Shown here: piece after piece, positions 28,110-39,356 of the stretch
How the letters are laid out: the number at the start of each line of letters is the position of its first letter
Position numbering within the stretch: position 1 is the first letter of the stretch
Assembly (NCBI GenBank): GCA_963976765.1
Contig: CAXBME010000030.1
Coordinates: 1-64,000, forward strand
Source of the DNA: an uncultured Planctomycetaceae bacterium
GTDB taxonomy: Bacteria > Planctomycetota > Planctomycetia > Planctomycetales > Planctomycetaceae
Reading direction: 5' to 3'
Length of the DNA: 64,000 nucleotides
Notes under the pieces: model-generated
The model's database searches: none
Seen by the model: the letters and a program-made list of their open reading frames with translations, nothing else
Told to the model about the DNA's origin: nothing
Position numbers and translations under genes: made by a program

Positions 28110-29048
28110 GTGATCGAAACACGCCAACTCACCAAACGCTACGGCGAACTGATTGCCGTTAACCATATCGATCTGAATCTTGCCGAAGGGGACGTGTTCG
28201 GCTTCATCGGCCCAAACGGTTCCGGCAAGACAACAACGATGCGCATGATCGCGACGCTGCTGCAACCGGACTACGGCGAAGCGTACGTCTGCGGAAAATC
28301 GATCTACACGCATCCTCAGGAAATCCGGCGGCTGATCGGCTTCATGCCGGACTTCTTCGGCGTGTATGAGGACATGACCGTCGTCGAGTATCTCGAATTC
28401 TTCGCCGCCGCCTACCGGGTCGTTCCGGACAAACGCCGCAAAGTTGTCGAAGAAAAACTCGAACTCGTCGACATGGCCTTCAAGCGGGACGCGATGGTCA
28501 ATCAGCTCTCCCGCGGCCAGACGCAGCGCATCGGTCTGGCGCGAGTCATGCTGCACGAGCCTCAGGTTCTGCTGCTCGACGAACCGGCCAGTGGTCTGGA
28601 CCCACGAGCCCGTATCGAAATCCGCAATCTGCTGAAACGGCTCGGTGAACTCAACAAAACAGTCATCGTCTCCAGCCACATCCTCCCTGAACTGGCCGAC
28701 GTCTGCACACGCGTTGGGATGATCGAAAAAGGCAACCTGATCGTAGACGGCCAGGTCGGCGAGGTCATGAAAAAGGCTCGCCAGCGAATCGTGCTGCAGA
28801 TTCAGGTCAAGGGCGACACCGCCGAAACCGATCGAGCTGCGACACTGCTCGAACAGCACGATCTGGTCGACGCGGTTTCGGTTTCACCAAAGGCCGTGAT
28901 CGACGTCACCCTGAAAGCCGAAACCGACGACTACAGCGAACTCCCATCCGCACTGCTCGATGCAAAGTTCAAGCTGAAGCTGTTCCGCGAGGAAGAAGTC
29001 AACCTGGAAACAGCCTTCATGGAGCTGACTAAGGGCCTCGTTCAGTAA
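28110..29048 (+). CDS. ABC transporter ATP-binding protein
   Basis: GPNGSGKT, LSRGQ, LLLDEP and SSH motifs. Confidence 0.93.
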   Translation: MIETRQLTKRYGELIAVNHIDLNLAEGDVFGFIGPNGSGKTTTMRMIATLLQPDYGEAYVCGKSIYTHPQEIRRLIGFMPDFFGVYEDMTVVEYLEFFAAAYRVVPDKRRKVVEEKLELVDMAFKRDAMVNQLSRGQTQRIGLARVMLHEPQVLLLDEPASGLDPRARIEIRNLLKRLGELNKTVIVSSHILPELADVCTRVGMIEKGNLIVDGQVGEVMKKARQRIVLQIQVKGDTAETDRAATLLEQHDLVDAVSVSPKAVIDVTLKAETDDYSELPSALLDAKFKLKLFREEEVNLETAFMELTKGLVQ

Positions 29049-29185
29049 GCGCAGGGTCGGCACTTCTGACAGCCCGCGCACGAGTGGCGAAACAGCTCAA
29101 GGCGCAGAGGCAGAGCCGGATCGCCTGCCTGCTTCTGTCCATGATCGCCTCGTTCGACGCAAGGTATTCGCCCAATCTGCCGCGT

Positions 29186-30304
29186 CTAACCAGTCGGCCC
29201 TTTGGCCATCTTCTTCAAAACCTCAACGCCGCGTTCGAGCGTCGAATTCTCTGCGGCATACGAAATTCGGAAGTGCGTATCCCGCGAGCTGAAGACGTTG
29301 CCGGGAATGACCAGAAGGTTGTGATCGATCGCCGCTTTGACAAATTCCGTGGCGGTTCCCCAGGGCGTTTTCACAAAGAGATAAAACGCGCCGTTTGCTC
29401 CAGCGATTTCGTAGTCGCTCGAAAGCTCGCGAACCATGAAGTCGCGTTTTTCGCGGTATTCGTCAACCCGCCCGGTGATGTCGTAGTCGGCGGCCGTGAG
29501 CGCTGCCCACTGCATCGGATGAGGCGCGCAGACAAAAGTGAACTGCTGAAGTTTGATCATCTGCTGCATGACGTGAGCGGGCCCGTGGACAACTCCAAGC
29601 CGCCAGCCGGTCATCGAGTGTGACTTACTGAAGCCGTCAATCACGATGGTGTCTTCGTTCCATCTGGCTAGGCTGACGAAGTCTCCGTCGTAACAGAACG
29701 AACGATAGATTTCGTCGCTGAGCAGCGCGACGTCTTTCTCTTTGGCCAGTTCGGCCAGCGCTTTCATTTCCTCGACACTGGCGACTGTTCCGGTCGGGTT
29801 CGACGGACTGTTAAACAAAATCAACTTTGTCCGATCGGTAATCGCATTCCGAACTTTTTCGATATCAATTTTGAAATCCGGATATGTGTCGATCAGCACG
29901 ACCTTCCCGCCGGACATCGCCGTCAGATGCTTGTACATGACAAAGTACGGATCGAAAACGATGACCTCGTCGTCGGGGTTAATCAACGCCGACAACGCCA
30001 GCATCAGCGCGCCGCTGGTTCCACTGGTGATGAACAGCTGCCGGTCCGGATGTGCGTACTCAGCAGCGACACGAGCTTCCAGTTTCTCCCGCAGCGGAGC
30101 GATCCCCTGGCTCTGGCTGTAAGCGTTCTTACCATCCCGGACCGCTTCGAATAACGATTCTTTGATCTCGTCCGGCGTGTCGAAATGTGGCTGCCCGATG
30201 CTCAGGTTGATCGGATCGGTCATTTTCGCGGCAAGGTCAAACACCTTACGAATTCCGGACGCATCAATTCTGTGCATCCGGTCGGCAATCCATCGTTCAC
30301 TCAT
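29186..30304 (-). CDS. Class I/II PLP-dependent aminotransferase
   Basis: NSPSNPTG, SDEIY and FSKSHSMTGWRLG; start placed at MSERW. Confidence 0.92.
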   Translation of the reverse strand: MSERWIADRMHRIDASGIRKVFDLAAKMTDPINLSIGQPHFDTPDEIKESLFEAVRDGKNAYSQSQGIAPLREKLEARVAAEYAHPDRQLFITSGTSGALMLALSALINPDDEVIVFDPYFVMYKHLTAMSGGKVVLIDTYPDFKIDIEKVRNAITDRTKLILFNSPSNPTGTVASVEEMKALAELAKEKDVALLSDEIYRSFCYDGDFVSLARWNEDTIVIDGFSKSHSMTGWRLGVVHGPAHVMQQMIKLQQFTFVCAPHPMQWAALTAADYDITGRVDEYREKRDFMVRELSSDYEIAGANGAFYLFVKTPWGTATEFVKAAIDHNLLVIPGNVFSSRDTHFRISYAAENSTLERGVEVLKKMAKGPTG

Positions 30305-30670
30305 AAGAAAATCCAGTTGAAATCTGGGGAATGTTGAGGCTGGCTGAAAATCTGACCAACCATTCAAAAGCGACGGATGGAATCAGCGAGGCGCGACAGT
30401 TTAACGAAGCCTGCCGAGAGACCAATTCAACGGCGTGCGGGTTCACGCAAGATTCCCGTCACTCGAGAACCGTCCAGGTCCGAACCGGACACCCCTCGTT
30501 GCTGTCCACGCCGCGATGAAACCAGCCCGATCGTGGAGCCGATTATGGAATCAACAGTCTTCTCCGCCTACACTCGCGACGTCGCCAGCAATGACGTGGT
30601 GGCAGTTACCATCGTTTGCAGACGCGAGCCGCACACCACTCACCAAACAAAAACTGAGGTAGTCAATCAC

Positions 30671-32014
30671 TTGGCAGAACCGAAACGCGACAATCTCAAG
30701 GTAAATAATCAAAAAGCCATTCTGGCGACCGTCGTACTTGAAGGTTCAGAGCAAAGCAGCGTCGAAGATCCGCTGGAGGAACTTCGAGGGCTTGTCGAAA
30801 CTGCCGGCGTGCAGATTGTCGGGCAGCTGATTCAGAACCGGAAACTGCCTGATTCCGCCACGTTGATGGGGAAGGGTAAGGTCGCCGAACTGAAGATGCT
30901 GGCTGAATCGCTGGGGGCCGAGATTGTGGTCTTCGACAATAACCTCAGTCCGAGTCAGGGTCGTAACCTGGAACGGGAACTCGACATGGTTATTGTCGAT
31001 CGAAGCGAAATCATCCTCGACATATTTGCAAGCCGGGCTCGCACGTACGAAGCAAAACTGCAGGTTGAACTGGCGCAATTGCTCTATTCTCAGCCTCGAC
31101 TGAAACGCATGTGGACTCACCTGGAGCGAATCGAAGGCGGTGTCGGTGCCGGTCGTGGCCCCGGTGAGAAGCAGCTCGAAACCGACAAACGGCTGATCGG
31201 CAAGCGAATTGCTGAACTCCGGCGCAAACTCCAGGTTGTCGAACAGCACCGTGGGCGAATGGTGCATCAGCGGCAGGACCACATGACCGTTTCACTGGTC
31301 GGCTACACCAACGCCGGCAAGAGTACCTTGATGAACGCGTTGACCGGCGCTGATGTTTACGCCGCCGACCAGCTTTTTGCGACGCTGGATACTCGAACCA
31401 GAAAATGGACGCTGCCATCGTGGGGCGACGTTCTGCTGAGCGACACCGTCGGTTTTGTCCGAGACCTGCCGCATCACCTGGTGGCGTCCTTCCGTTCGAC
31501 GCTGGAGGAGGCTCGCTGTGCGCACCTGCTGCTGCACGTCGTCGACGCCAGCCATCCGCAGGCTCTGTCGCAGATCGATACGGTAAACAGCGTGCTCGAC
31601 GAGTTGGGAGTTTCGCACGAGAACATGCTGCTGGTACTTAACAAGTGCGACGCCATGGATGACCGGTCGATTGTGGATGTGCTGCGATTGAAGTTTGAAA
31701 ATGCTGTCACCGTCAGTGCCGCCACCGGCGAAGGACTTGATCGACTTTGCGCCGCAGTCACAGGGAGGCTGGGTGAAGGGGCCGTTGAGCTGAAAATCGA
31801 CGGCCACGTTGCCGACGGTCGGCTGCACCACTTCCTCAATCAACATGCGGAAATCACGTCGACGACTTATGACGATGAGCAGGTGACGTTTCACTGTCGA
31901 CTGTCTCGAAAGCTGCTTTATCGTCTGGACGAGTTTCAGGTCAGCATCGAACGAGTCGACTCTGACACACCGGTGGCTGCGATCGAGACCGATGCTTCAA
32001 CGACCACCGATTAA
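30671..32014 (+). CDS. hflX: GTPase HflX
   Basis: GPGEKQLETD, GYTNAGKS, LFATLD, DTVGF and NKCD; start placed at TTG 30671. Confidence 0.95.
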   Translation: MAEPKRDNLKVNNQKAILATVVLEGSEQSSVEDPLEELRGLVETAGVQIVGQLIQNRKLPDSATLMGKGKVAELKMLAESLGAEIVVFDNNLSPSQGRNLERELDMVIVDRSEIILDIFASRARTYEAKLQVELAQLLYSQPRLKRMWTHLERIEGGVGAGRGPGEKQLETDKRLIGKRIAELRRKLQVVEQHRGRMVHQRQDHMTVSLVGYTNAGKSTLMNALTGADVYAADQLFATLDTRTRKWTLPSWGDVLLSDTVGFVRDLPHHLVASFRSTLEEARCAHLLLHVVDASHPQALSQIDTVNSVLDELGVSHENMLLVLNKCDAMDDRSIVDVLRLKFENAVTVSAATGEGLDRLCAAVTGRLGEGAVELKIDGHVADGRLHHFLNQHAEITSTTYDDEQVTFHCRLSRKLLYRLDEFQVSIERVDSDTPVAAIETDASTTTD

Positions 32015-32083
32015 AGCGGCCACCGACTCAACCGGTTAGGATTCAGCCGATTAACCTGTGACGATTAATCTGGAGATAGACCG

Positions 32084-32785
32084 TTGCGACGAATTGCTGT
32101 CATCGGGCTGGGACGTTTTGGCATGGCCCTGGCCAGAAACCTTGCGCGGCTGGGCGTTCAAGTCATCGCCGCCGACCGGAACATGCAGCTGGTCAACGAA
32201 ATCAAGGACGACGTTGACCTGGCCGTGCGTCTGGACTCAACCGATCGCGACGCGCTGGACGCTCAGGACATCGACAAGGTCGACGTCTGCGTTGTGTCGA
32301 TCGGCGAGAATTTCGAAGCATCGCTACTGACGACGGTGATCCTGCGAAAACTGGGAGTTCCGCAAATAATCTGCCGCGCGCAGACAACGTTTCACGCAGA
32401 GATCTTCCGGCAGATCGGAGCGGACGAAGTCATTCAGCCGGAAACCAGCGCCGGAGAGCAAATGGCCCGGCGACTTGCCAACCCTCGTCTCAATGATGTC
32501 ATCGACATCGCCGAAGGATACTCGATCGTCGAAATCGAAGCTCCGAAATCCTGGTGGGGTACCGGCCTGAAAGACCTTGGACTGCGGACAAAGTTCGATG
32601 TCAACCTGGTCGCCATCAAGCGGCAGGCGGTGCCCCCCATAGAGGAAGGTGGCGAGAGCGAATCGGCAGCCTTGCCCCTTCCCGAAATCATCAGCGTTCC
32701 GCGACCTGACGATCTGATTCAGGAAGGTGACCTGCTGATGCTGATCGGTTCGCACGACGCCATCGACAAGCTGCCACGACAGTAG
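32084..32785 (+). CDS. TrkA/KtrA potassium uptake regulatory (RCK) subunit
   Basis: IGLGRFG Rossmann motif plus TrkA_C domain. Confidence 0.9.
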   Translation: MRRIAVIGLGRFGMALARNLARLGVQVIAADRNMQLVNEIKDDVDLAVRLDSTDRDALDAQDIDKVDVCVVSIGENFEASLLTTVILRKLGVPQIICRAQTTFHAEIFRQIGADEVIQPETSAGEQMARRLANPRLNDVIDIAEGYSIVEIEAPKSWWGTGLKDLGLRTKFDVNLVAIKRQAVPPIEEGGESESAALPLPEIISVPRPDDLIQEGDLLMLIGSHDAIDKLPRQ

Positions 32786-32855
32786 CGTCCAGCCTTCCAC
32801 GTCAATCAGCCCTGTAAACAATCACTCGATAAGTGACCACAACCGGAACAACTCC

Positions 32856-34013
32856 ATGCACGTGGCCCATGTGATTACCCGAATGATCATCGGCGGGGCC
32901 CAGCAGAACACGCTATTTACGTGCGAGGATCAGTACCGCGATTTCGGCGACGAGGTGACTCTGATCACGGGCCCGGCATTGGGCCCGGAGGGCAGCCTGA
33001 TGGATCGCGCACGCGAAGCCGGCTTTCGAATCGTCGAAGTCCCCGAATTGAGACGGAGTATCCATCTGTGGCGAGACTGGTCGAGTTACCAGCGGCTGGT
33101 TTCATTACTGCGCGATCTCAAACCGGACGTCGTTCACACGCACAGTTCGAAAGCCGGAATCATCGGCCGCTACGCTGCCGCCAAGGCGAAAATCCCAACC
33201 GTACACACAATTCACGGAGCATCGTTCCATCGCGGACAATCGGCGTTGGCTTTCAACATTTATCGAGGACTCGAACGCTGGGCGGCAGGAAGGACGGACG
33301 CCTTTATCAGTGTCTGCGATTCCCTGACAGAACAGTACCTTGCTGCAGGCATTGCACCGGCTGATAAGTTTACAACGATCTACAGCGGAATGGACGTTGA
33401 TCCGTTTCTGAATCCACCTCGCGACCGAAACGAAGTCCGACAGCAGCTTGGCCTGAAGCCAGAGCACGTTGTTGTTGCCAAGGTGGCGAGACTGTTTCAC
33501 CTCAAAGGGCACAAGTTTCTCATCGAGGCGGCGCGTCGAATTATCGATCGATCGCCGAACGTTCGCTTCGTTCTGATCGGTGACGGCATACTGCGGGCAG
33601 AGTTCGAACAAAGGATTTCAGAACTCGGGCTGTCCGATCATTTCATTCTGACAGGTCTCGTTCCCCCAGAGCGGATTCCTGAACTGGTCAGTGCAGCGGA
33701 CATCGTCGCACACACCAGCGAGTGGGAAGGACTCGCCCGAGTTCTTCCACAGGGCCTGATCGCCGGCAAACCGGTCGTCAGCTACGACGTCGACGGCGCT
33801 CGCGAAGTTGTCATCCCTGAAGAAACTGGCTACCTGCTGCCGGTCGAGGAAATTGCTGGACTGGCCGACGCAATCTGCGAACTCGCCGAATCCGCAGCAC
33901 TCAGAAATCGACTCGGAATGAACGGTCGAGAACGTTTCACCGAAATATTTCGCCACCAGACCATGACCGCCCGGATCCGTGAGGTCTATCAGCGAGTTCT
34001 GACAGATCGTTAA
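32856..34013 (+). CDS. Glycosyltransferase family 4
   Basis: GGAQ, HTHSSKAG, KGH and EGLARVLPQ motifs. Confidence 0.9.
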   Translation: MHVAHVITRMIIGGAQQNTLFTCEDQYRDFGDEVTLITGPALGPEGSLMDRAREAGFRIVEVPELRRSIHLWRDWSSYQRLVSLLRDLKPDVVHTHSSKAGIIGRYAAAKAKIPTVHTIHGASFHRGQSALAFNIYRGLERWAAGRTDAFISVCDSLTEQYLAAGIAPADKFTTIYSGMDVDPFLNPPRDRNEVRQQLGLKPEHVVVAKVARLFHLKGHKFLIEAARRIIDRSPNVRFVLIGDGILRAEFEQRISELGLSDHFILTGLVPPERIPELVSAADIVAHTSEWEGLARVLPQGLIAGKPVVSYDVDGAREVVIPEETGYLLPVEEIAGLADAICELAESAALRNRLGMNGRERFTEIFRHQTMTARIREVYQRVLTDR

Positions 34014-37000
34014 TCGTCCGAGACTGGTCGCGCGAGGGTGGATGAGTTCATCTCGCTCAGGAATACCGACGTCTGTTTCGCGATGTCAGTCAGCGAGCAT
34101 GTAATGACCACTCGGACACTCTTTCCGGCCCAGCGTTGGAGACTGTTTTGAATTGTTGCCCAACCGGACGGCGCCGTGTCGTTGTTAATGATGGTGCTGT
34201 GAATCTGCTGACCATTCACGTCAACGGTCAGGTTCCACACTTCTCCGGAATTGTTCCCTGCCTTAAAGCGAAAACTCTGATCGCCGGTCGAAGGCACATG
34301 AACATCTCGAACAAAACGAATCGCGCCGTTCGGCGTTTCCGTCAACGCCTGCTGGTCTTCCGGCGACAATCGCACCGGTTGCAGACGCAGTTCCAAAGCT
34401 TCCTTTTGCCCGCGATGTTCGGCACGTCTGCCCATCCCACCAGGCTGCGGCGGAGTGATCAACAGCCAACCGGGACACACCGCGTCAACTCCGTTGCGGC
34501 TGTCACGCTGAATTGACGTTGCCAGAAGATCTGGCCGACCGAGTGCATTGTCCGCAAATGTCGACGCCAGAAACTCCGGGTGCCACTTCGCGAGCAACTC
34601 CTGATCAACCGGTTCTGAAAGTACGACACCCGGCTCAGGAACAAGCTCGACGATATCCCGTTTTCCTTCTTTACGATCCTTACCGACAAAAGCAAAGAAG
34701 CGGTCATTCGTAACGAGCAGTGGTCCAACTCGCGCTTCCCGGTCAGCAAGATTCGGAAACCCTTGCCGTGCCAGCTCCCGCCCGTCGGCAGCATCAATCC
34801 AGACAAGAGTTGGAATCGCCGTGCTGGACCGGCCTTCCTGATTCGGAACATGCCGTACAGCAAGCACGACGTGTCGGTCACCATGATCGCTGCTGCCCGA
34901 CTGAGCCCCACCGTTCGACTGAGTGCTCACCTCAGCACTCAACGTTCCAACAGCGATCCCATCCATCAGATCGGATGCTGAGTGCAGCCACTGAGTCCTG
35001 CCGGATTCGACGGAAATCGCTTTCAGACCATCCCGAGTCTCAAGCAGGATCGTCTCTGCAAACTGTGAAATGACTCGACGTAGTTCAGGCTCGACATGCT
35101 GCCAGAGAAGTCGCCCGGTCTGGATATTCAAGCAATCGATTGTCGGACCTTCCGGCTGCCCAACAATCAATTGCTCGTCAACGATGATCGGTGCCGACCA
35201 CGACCGGGCATATCGATATCGGCTGTCAAGATTCGTTGGTGTCCATGCACGACGCCTGACCCAAAGCGTTTGCCCCTCGGTGTCACAACAGGCCACCGCG
35301 CCACCGGTGCTGACAAAAAACTGCGCATCGCGAACGGCAACCTGGCAAACCATCGCCGAATTCTGCCACGCGTCGAACAGCTTCAACACGGGCAAAGTCG
35401 ACAGCAAAGCTCCAGATTCACGATGTACAGTCAGAAGATTCAGCACCGTCGGACCGATACTTGACTGGTCCGTCGCCAGAATGTGGAGACGGCCTCGCAG
35501 CAGAAACGGATCACTGACCAGAAGTTGCTCAAGCTGCTGTTGCCACTGAATTTTTCCATCTGAAGTCTGGCAACAGACAAGCTCCGTTCCGCCCTTCGTT
35601 AATCGCCGACAGAAAACTGACTCGCCGATGACCAGGGGCCTCATCGCCAGCATCGGCCAGTGGTGAGCAGAACCGTGATTGCCCCCCAACTGCTGACTCC
35701 ATCGCGTGCTGCCATTCGTCAGGTCCAGACAGCTCACCTGAAAACGGTTGCAAAGAAACGCGCGATCTCCGACGACTGTCGAAGCAAGCTGCCGCGCTAC
35801 CCAGTCTGTATCGGCCGGTGCCGATCGCCCGACGTGCTCACCAAGATCGCCTTCGTAGCGACTACGGTTTTCGATCCTGTGTGAAACCAGCTGCGGCACG
35901 CGTGGTACGTCGAACCGACCGCTCGGAACCTGCGTCGCCTGTAAATTGATCGTACCTTTGGATGTCTGCTGCGCGCGTGCTGCGGCGATTTCGTCGGCGA
36001 GCCTGGTCACCTGCTCCGGAGAGAATTGCTGGCTTCCAAAGCTGACAGTTTGAGTCAGCTCTTCAGCTGAATGCCGCTCGCGTTTTTCACCCAGCAACCC
36101 CTCCACCACTTTCAGCCTCGCTATTGCTGATGCCAGCTCACTCGATTCGATCTGCGAGTTCGCTCGAAATCCGTTGATCGATCGCTCGAAAAAACTGCGT
36201 GCCTGAGCGAACTGCCCCGCCGACATTGCTCGATCGCCCAGCCACAAATCACTTTCGGCGGCGGCGGGCGTTCCGAAGAACTGAATCGTTGCCGCTTCGA
36301 CCTGCCGATAGTCCCCATTCTCGATCGCCTGTCGAACTCGCAATCGACCAATCGCTCCAAAGCGGTCATTCATCTGCTGTCGTAATTCTGGATACCGATC
36401 CATTGCCATCGCCACGGCATTCGGAAATGAGACCAGCAACTGATCGTCCTGCGAATCCGGCAGCAGGCCGATCAGATTTGCCGAACCAGCCGAGGAAATG
36501 ACCTGGCAAGCATCCTGAAAAGCCCCACCATCGACAGCCGCCTGAAACTCGGCCATCACATTGTACGCTTCTTTGCTGACAGGTTGAGCCAGCGGGTGCC
36601 GTTCGGAAATCAGCGTTGTCTTCCACCGTCGAGGCAGTGCCAGTCGTGCCATTTGAACTTCAGAGTCAACTCCGTCATGAGAACGCAGTTCCGCCCAGGC
36701 AAGCGTTGGATAAATCGCATCAACCTGCGACCACCAGTCACGACTCGGATGCGCGTTCGAATTCCAGAAAACAACATTGTCGATCAACTGTTGTACTCGC
36801 TTGTGCTGATTCGACTGCAGCAGAGAAATGATTTCCAGCCGCGCAGCAGCCTGAGCCGTTAATGCTGATGCCTGATTCGTCTGCATTGGCAGACTCAATA
36901 ACAAAGAAGCCATCCTTTCAACGATTGATCCCGTCGCTGGAAACCGCTCGTCGTCGGCATCAACCGCAACGACATTCGACTCCAGCTTTTCAGCAACCTG

Positions 37001-39226
37001 CCGACGAGCCACCTCGTGAAATAACTGCTGAAACTGAACGGCCCGGTTGGAATCGAGAAGCGACACGAGCTGGCTGGTTTCGCTCAGCAGTTTCCAGGCG
37101 GTGGCATGTTTAGCGGTAACGTTTGCATCATTCGAAAATGCTCCGTCGGCCAGCAGTCCGCTGAGCAGAAATGTCCCAAGCGGTGCGCGAGGTCGAGCCC
37201 GCAGCGTCGCGACGGCGCAGGCTCGCTGCCAGTTGGCAAAGGACACACCCGCCGGTTGAAGTCGAGTTACCCTGTGAAACCAGGCACCGACATCGAGCAC
37301 GTTCAATGGCTCAAAGGCGGTGACGTCAACCTGCGACAGAACCTGAGAATCGGCAACAGCGACAATTGCCGGAAACTCATTGATGGAAATGCTGGCCAGC
37401 TCGATCCGCCGTTCGCCCTTCGGTTCGGTAAAGAGACCGACTGTCTCAACCCGTTCCCAGTCAGTGCGAATCGGATTGTCCATAATCCATCCCCAGTTCA
37501 CACCGTCTGGACTCATCTGCACAGTTGTGATTCCGTAGCCCGCCACAACTCGAATCCACTGTCCCTTGCCGGTCCAGGGGACGACATAGGCATCCGAATC
37601 AAACTTCCGCTCGACTTCATGCTGACCGGCTGCCTGAAACCAGAGCGCCGGTTTGTTTCCCCCCGTGTCCCAGACGCAACTGATTCGAAAAATCTGCTCG
37701 CCATTCGCACGGCCAAAATAGATGCCGGCACCGGGATCGATCGAGTCGACTCGAAAGACTGTTTCGGCGAGCCCCGAATCTGGAATCTGAACAAAGGCGA
37801 GCGATCTTTCCGCTGAATCTGATGTTGTCTCAAGCCGAACCAGACCGCTGCTGTCCAGCTTCGAAAAGCCGCCGTCGGGAACGTTGGTCTGTGACCAGTT
37901 CAGATCCGACGGCTTCGTCGAAGCGAGGATGTTTTTCGTTTCTGAGGTGACGGAGCGCTGGACGACGGGCTCAGGCAACGGCTCCGACCGAAACATTCGC
38001 ACGTCGCGAATCTTTAACTTGCCGTTCAGGATGATTTCATCAGGCCGATCGTCAAGCGGCACTGACAGAAGCACAACATCGCCGCGAACCATTCGAAGAT
38101 AACCATCGTTGCAGCGAAGGTCGAAAACACCAAAGTTGGAACGATGCCAGCGTCCGCAGTCGCTGGTCAGAAAACGTCCGAGTCTCGGCAGCGCGTCCTC
38201 TCCACTACGGCCAGCACGAGTCACCGAACAAGCCCCCCATACATTGGGATTGCGGTGCCGGTAGTACGTCAACTGAACTCCGCGGTTTCCACTCCACACC
38301 GTGAATGAACAACGTTCTGTGTCGTAAAGCCCTAATCGAAGGACTGCTGAATCGACCCACGGAGCATTCAACTTTGCGATCCCGCTGAATTGAGAGAAAA
38401 CGCGGTTGGCCGCCTTCTCCTCTCCGACCTGGAACGGCTTGCCGGGGATCTTCGAAAACCACTGATGAAACTCACCTGGTGGAAACTCATCCGGTTGTTC
38501 ATCGCCGGGAACCTGCCAGGCAACGTCTTCAAACAGTCGTGGTGGCATCTCCAGGGAAAGCTCGTCGTCCCACGGCCCGGAAGGTGCGTCGATCTTCTCA
38601 GATTTGCCGCCGCTTGCTGCAGCGACTTCGGTGTTCGCTACCTCGATGACCTTCGCAGTGCTGACTTCGTCGTTAGCAGTCGTGCTGCTCAAGTTGCCTG
38701 GCGAAGCCGATGAATCAGCGACGACATTTGGCGGCGAGAGTCTTTCAACATGATCGTCATCAGATCGACTGTCCGACTCAACGATCGTCTGCTCTTCCGC
38801 ATCGAATTCTGGCGCACTCAAACTGTGCGCATCAGTTGACGATAGACCTTCCCTGGTATCAACGATTCCCGAAGCGTCCCTGTCCGAGGAAGAGTCAGCA
38901 GGACTGGCCACCTGCCTGTTCTGAACGTTCCACCAGAAACCTGCACCGGTCGCGAGGCCAGCAATCAACAACGCCACCAGCAACTTCAGACTTCGTGAGC
39001 CAGCACTGTTTGCGGCAGCAGGTTCATCGTTCGCGTGAGTTTCCGAAGGGACCGTGACAAGTTCCTGGATGGCCACAGCGATCGGGGACTCGCTGACTGC
39101 TTCACGCAGCAGCGAGGATTTACCGATCCGTTCGTTAATCCGTGCAACTACCGACTCGGTTAAGTCCTCGGTGGAACCTTCGAGACAGATTCGGATCAGA
39201 TCTGCGTCGCTGTGACGATCGCTCAT
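34010..39226 (-). CDS. Large membrane-anchored protein with PQQ-like beta-propeller repeats
   Basis: N-terminal TM segment; repeated CLD..G..RW-type motifs in the C-terminal half; helical TPR-like middle. Confidence 0.75.
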   Translation of the reverse strand: MSDRHSDADLIRICLEGSTEDLTESVVARINERIGKSSLLREAVSESPIAVAIQELVTVPSETHANDEPAAANSAGSRSLKLLVALLIAGLATGAGFWWNVQNRQVASPADSSSDRDASGIVDTREGLSSTDAHSLSAPEFDAEEQTIVESDSRSDDDHVERLSPPNVVADSSASPGNLSSTTANDEVSTAKVIEVANTEVAAASGGKSEKIDAPSGPWDDELSLEMPPRLFEDVAWQVPGDEQPDEFPPGEFHQWFSKIPGKPFQVGEEKAANRVFSQFSGIAKLNAPWVDSAVLRLGLYDTERCSFTVWSGNRGVQLTYYRHRNPNVWGACSVTRAGRSGEDALPRLGRFLTSDCGRWHRSNFGVFDLRCNDGYLRMVRGDVVLLSVPLDDRPDEIILNGKLKIRDVRMFRSEPLPEPVVQRSVTSETKNILASTKPSDLNWSQTNVPDGGFSKLDSSGLVRLETTSDSAERSLAFVQIPDSGLAETVFRVDSIDPGAGIYFGRANGEQIFRISCVWDTGGNKPALWFQAAGQHEVERKFDSDAYVVPWTGKGQWIRVVAGYGITTVQMSPDGVNWGWIMDNPIRTDWERVETVGLFTEPKGERRIELASISINEFPAIVAVADSQVLSQVDVTAFEPLNVLDVGAWFHRVTRLQPAGVSFANWQRACAVATLRARPRAPLGTFLLSGLLADGAFSNDANVTAKHATAWKLLSETSQLVSLLDSNRAVQFQQLFHEVARRQVAEKLESNVVAVDADDERFPATGSIVERMASLLLSLPMQTNQASALTAQAAARLEIISLLQSNQHKRVQQLIDNVVFWNSNAHPSRDWWSQVDAIYPTLAWAELRSHDGVDSEVQMARLALPRRWKTTLISERHPLAQPVSKEAYNVMAEFQAAVDGGAFQDACQVISSAGSANLIGLLPDSQDDQLLVSFPNAVAMAMDRYPELRQQMNDRFGAIGRLRVRQAIENGDYRQVEAATIQFFGTPAAAESDLWLGDRAMSAGQFAQARSFFERSINGFRANSQIESSELASAIARLKVVEGLLGEKRERHSAEELTQTVSFGSQQFSPEQVTRLADEIAAARAQQTSKGTINLQATQVPSGRFDVPRVPQLVSHRIENRSRYEGDLGEHVGRSAPADTDWVARQLASTVVGDRAFLCNRFQVSCLDLTNGSTRWSQQLGGNHGSAHHWPMLAMRPLVIGESVFCRRLTKGGTELVCCQTSDGKIQWQQQLEQLLVSDPFLLRGRLHILATDQSSIGPTVLNLLTVHRESGALLSTLPVLKLFDAWQNSAMVCQVAVRDAQFFVSTGGAVACCDTEGQTLWVRRRAWTPTNLDSRYRYARSWSAPIIVDEQLIVGQPEGPTIDCLNIQTGRLLWQHVEPELRRVISQFAETILLETRDGLKAISVESGRTQWLHSASDLMDGIAVGTLSAEVSTQSNGGAQSGSSDHGDRHVVLAVRHVPNQEGRSSTAIPTLVWIDAADGRELARQGFPNLADREARVGPLLVTNDRFFAFVGKDRKEGKRDIVELVPEPGVVLSEPVDQELLAKWHPEFLASTFADNALGRPDLLATSIQRDSRNGVDAVCPGWLLITPPQPGGMGRRAEHRGQKEALELRLQPVRLSPEDQQALTETPNGAIRFVRDVHVPSTGDQSFRFKAGNNSGEVWNLTVDVNGQQIHSTIINNDTAPSGWATIQNSLQRWAGKSVRVVITCSLTDIAKQTSVFLSEMNSSTLARPVSDD

Positions 39227-39356
39227 TCAGGCAACCTCGGCGTATTTTCATCTCTCGCGGGGCTTTCCGGACGCTGTCACTGTGTTCGGAAAGCTGGAGC
39301 ACCGAGTATGAAACATGCCCTGATGAGCAACAAGCAAGCACACTTCTACGCCCATG

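Noticed and set aside
30377..30670. 98-aa N-terminal extension of HflX
   Set aside because: Not HflX-like and occupies the divergent promoter region; TTG 30671 has a GAGGT upstream.
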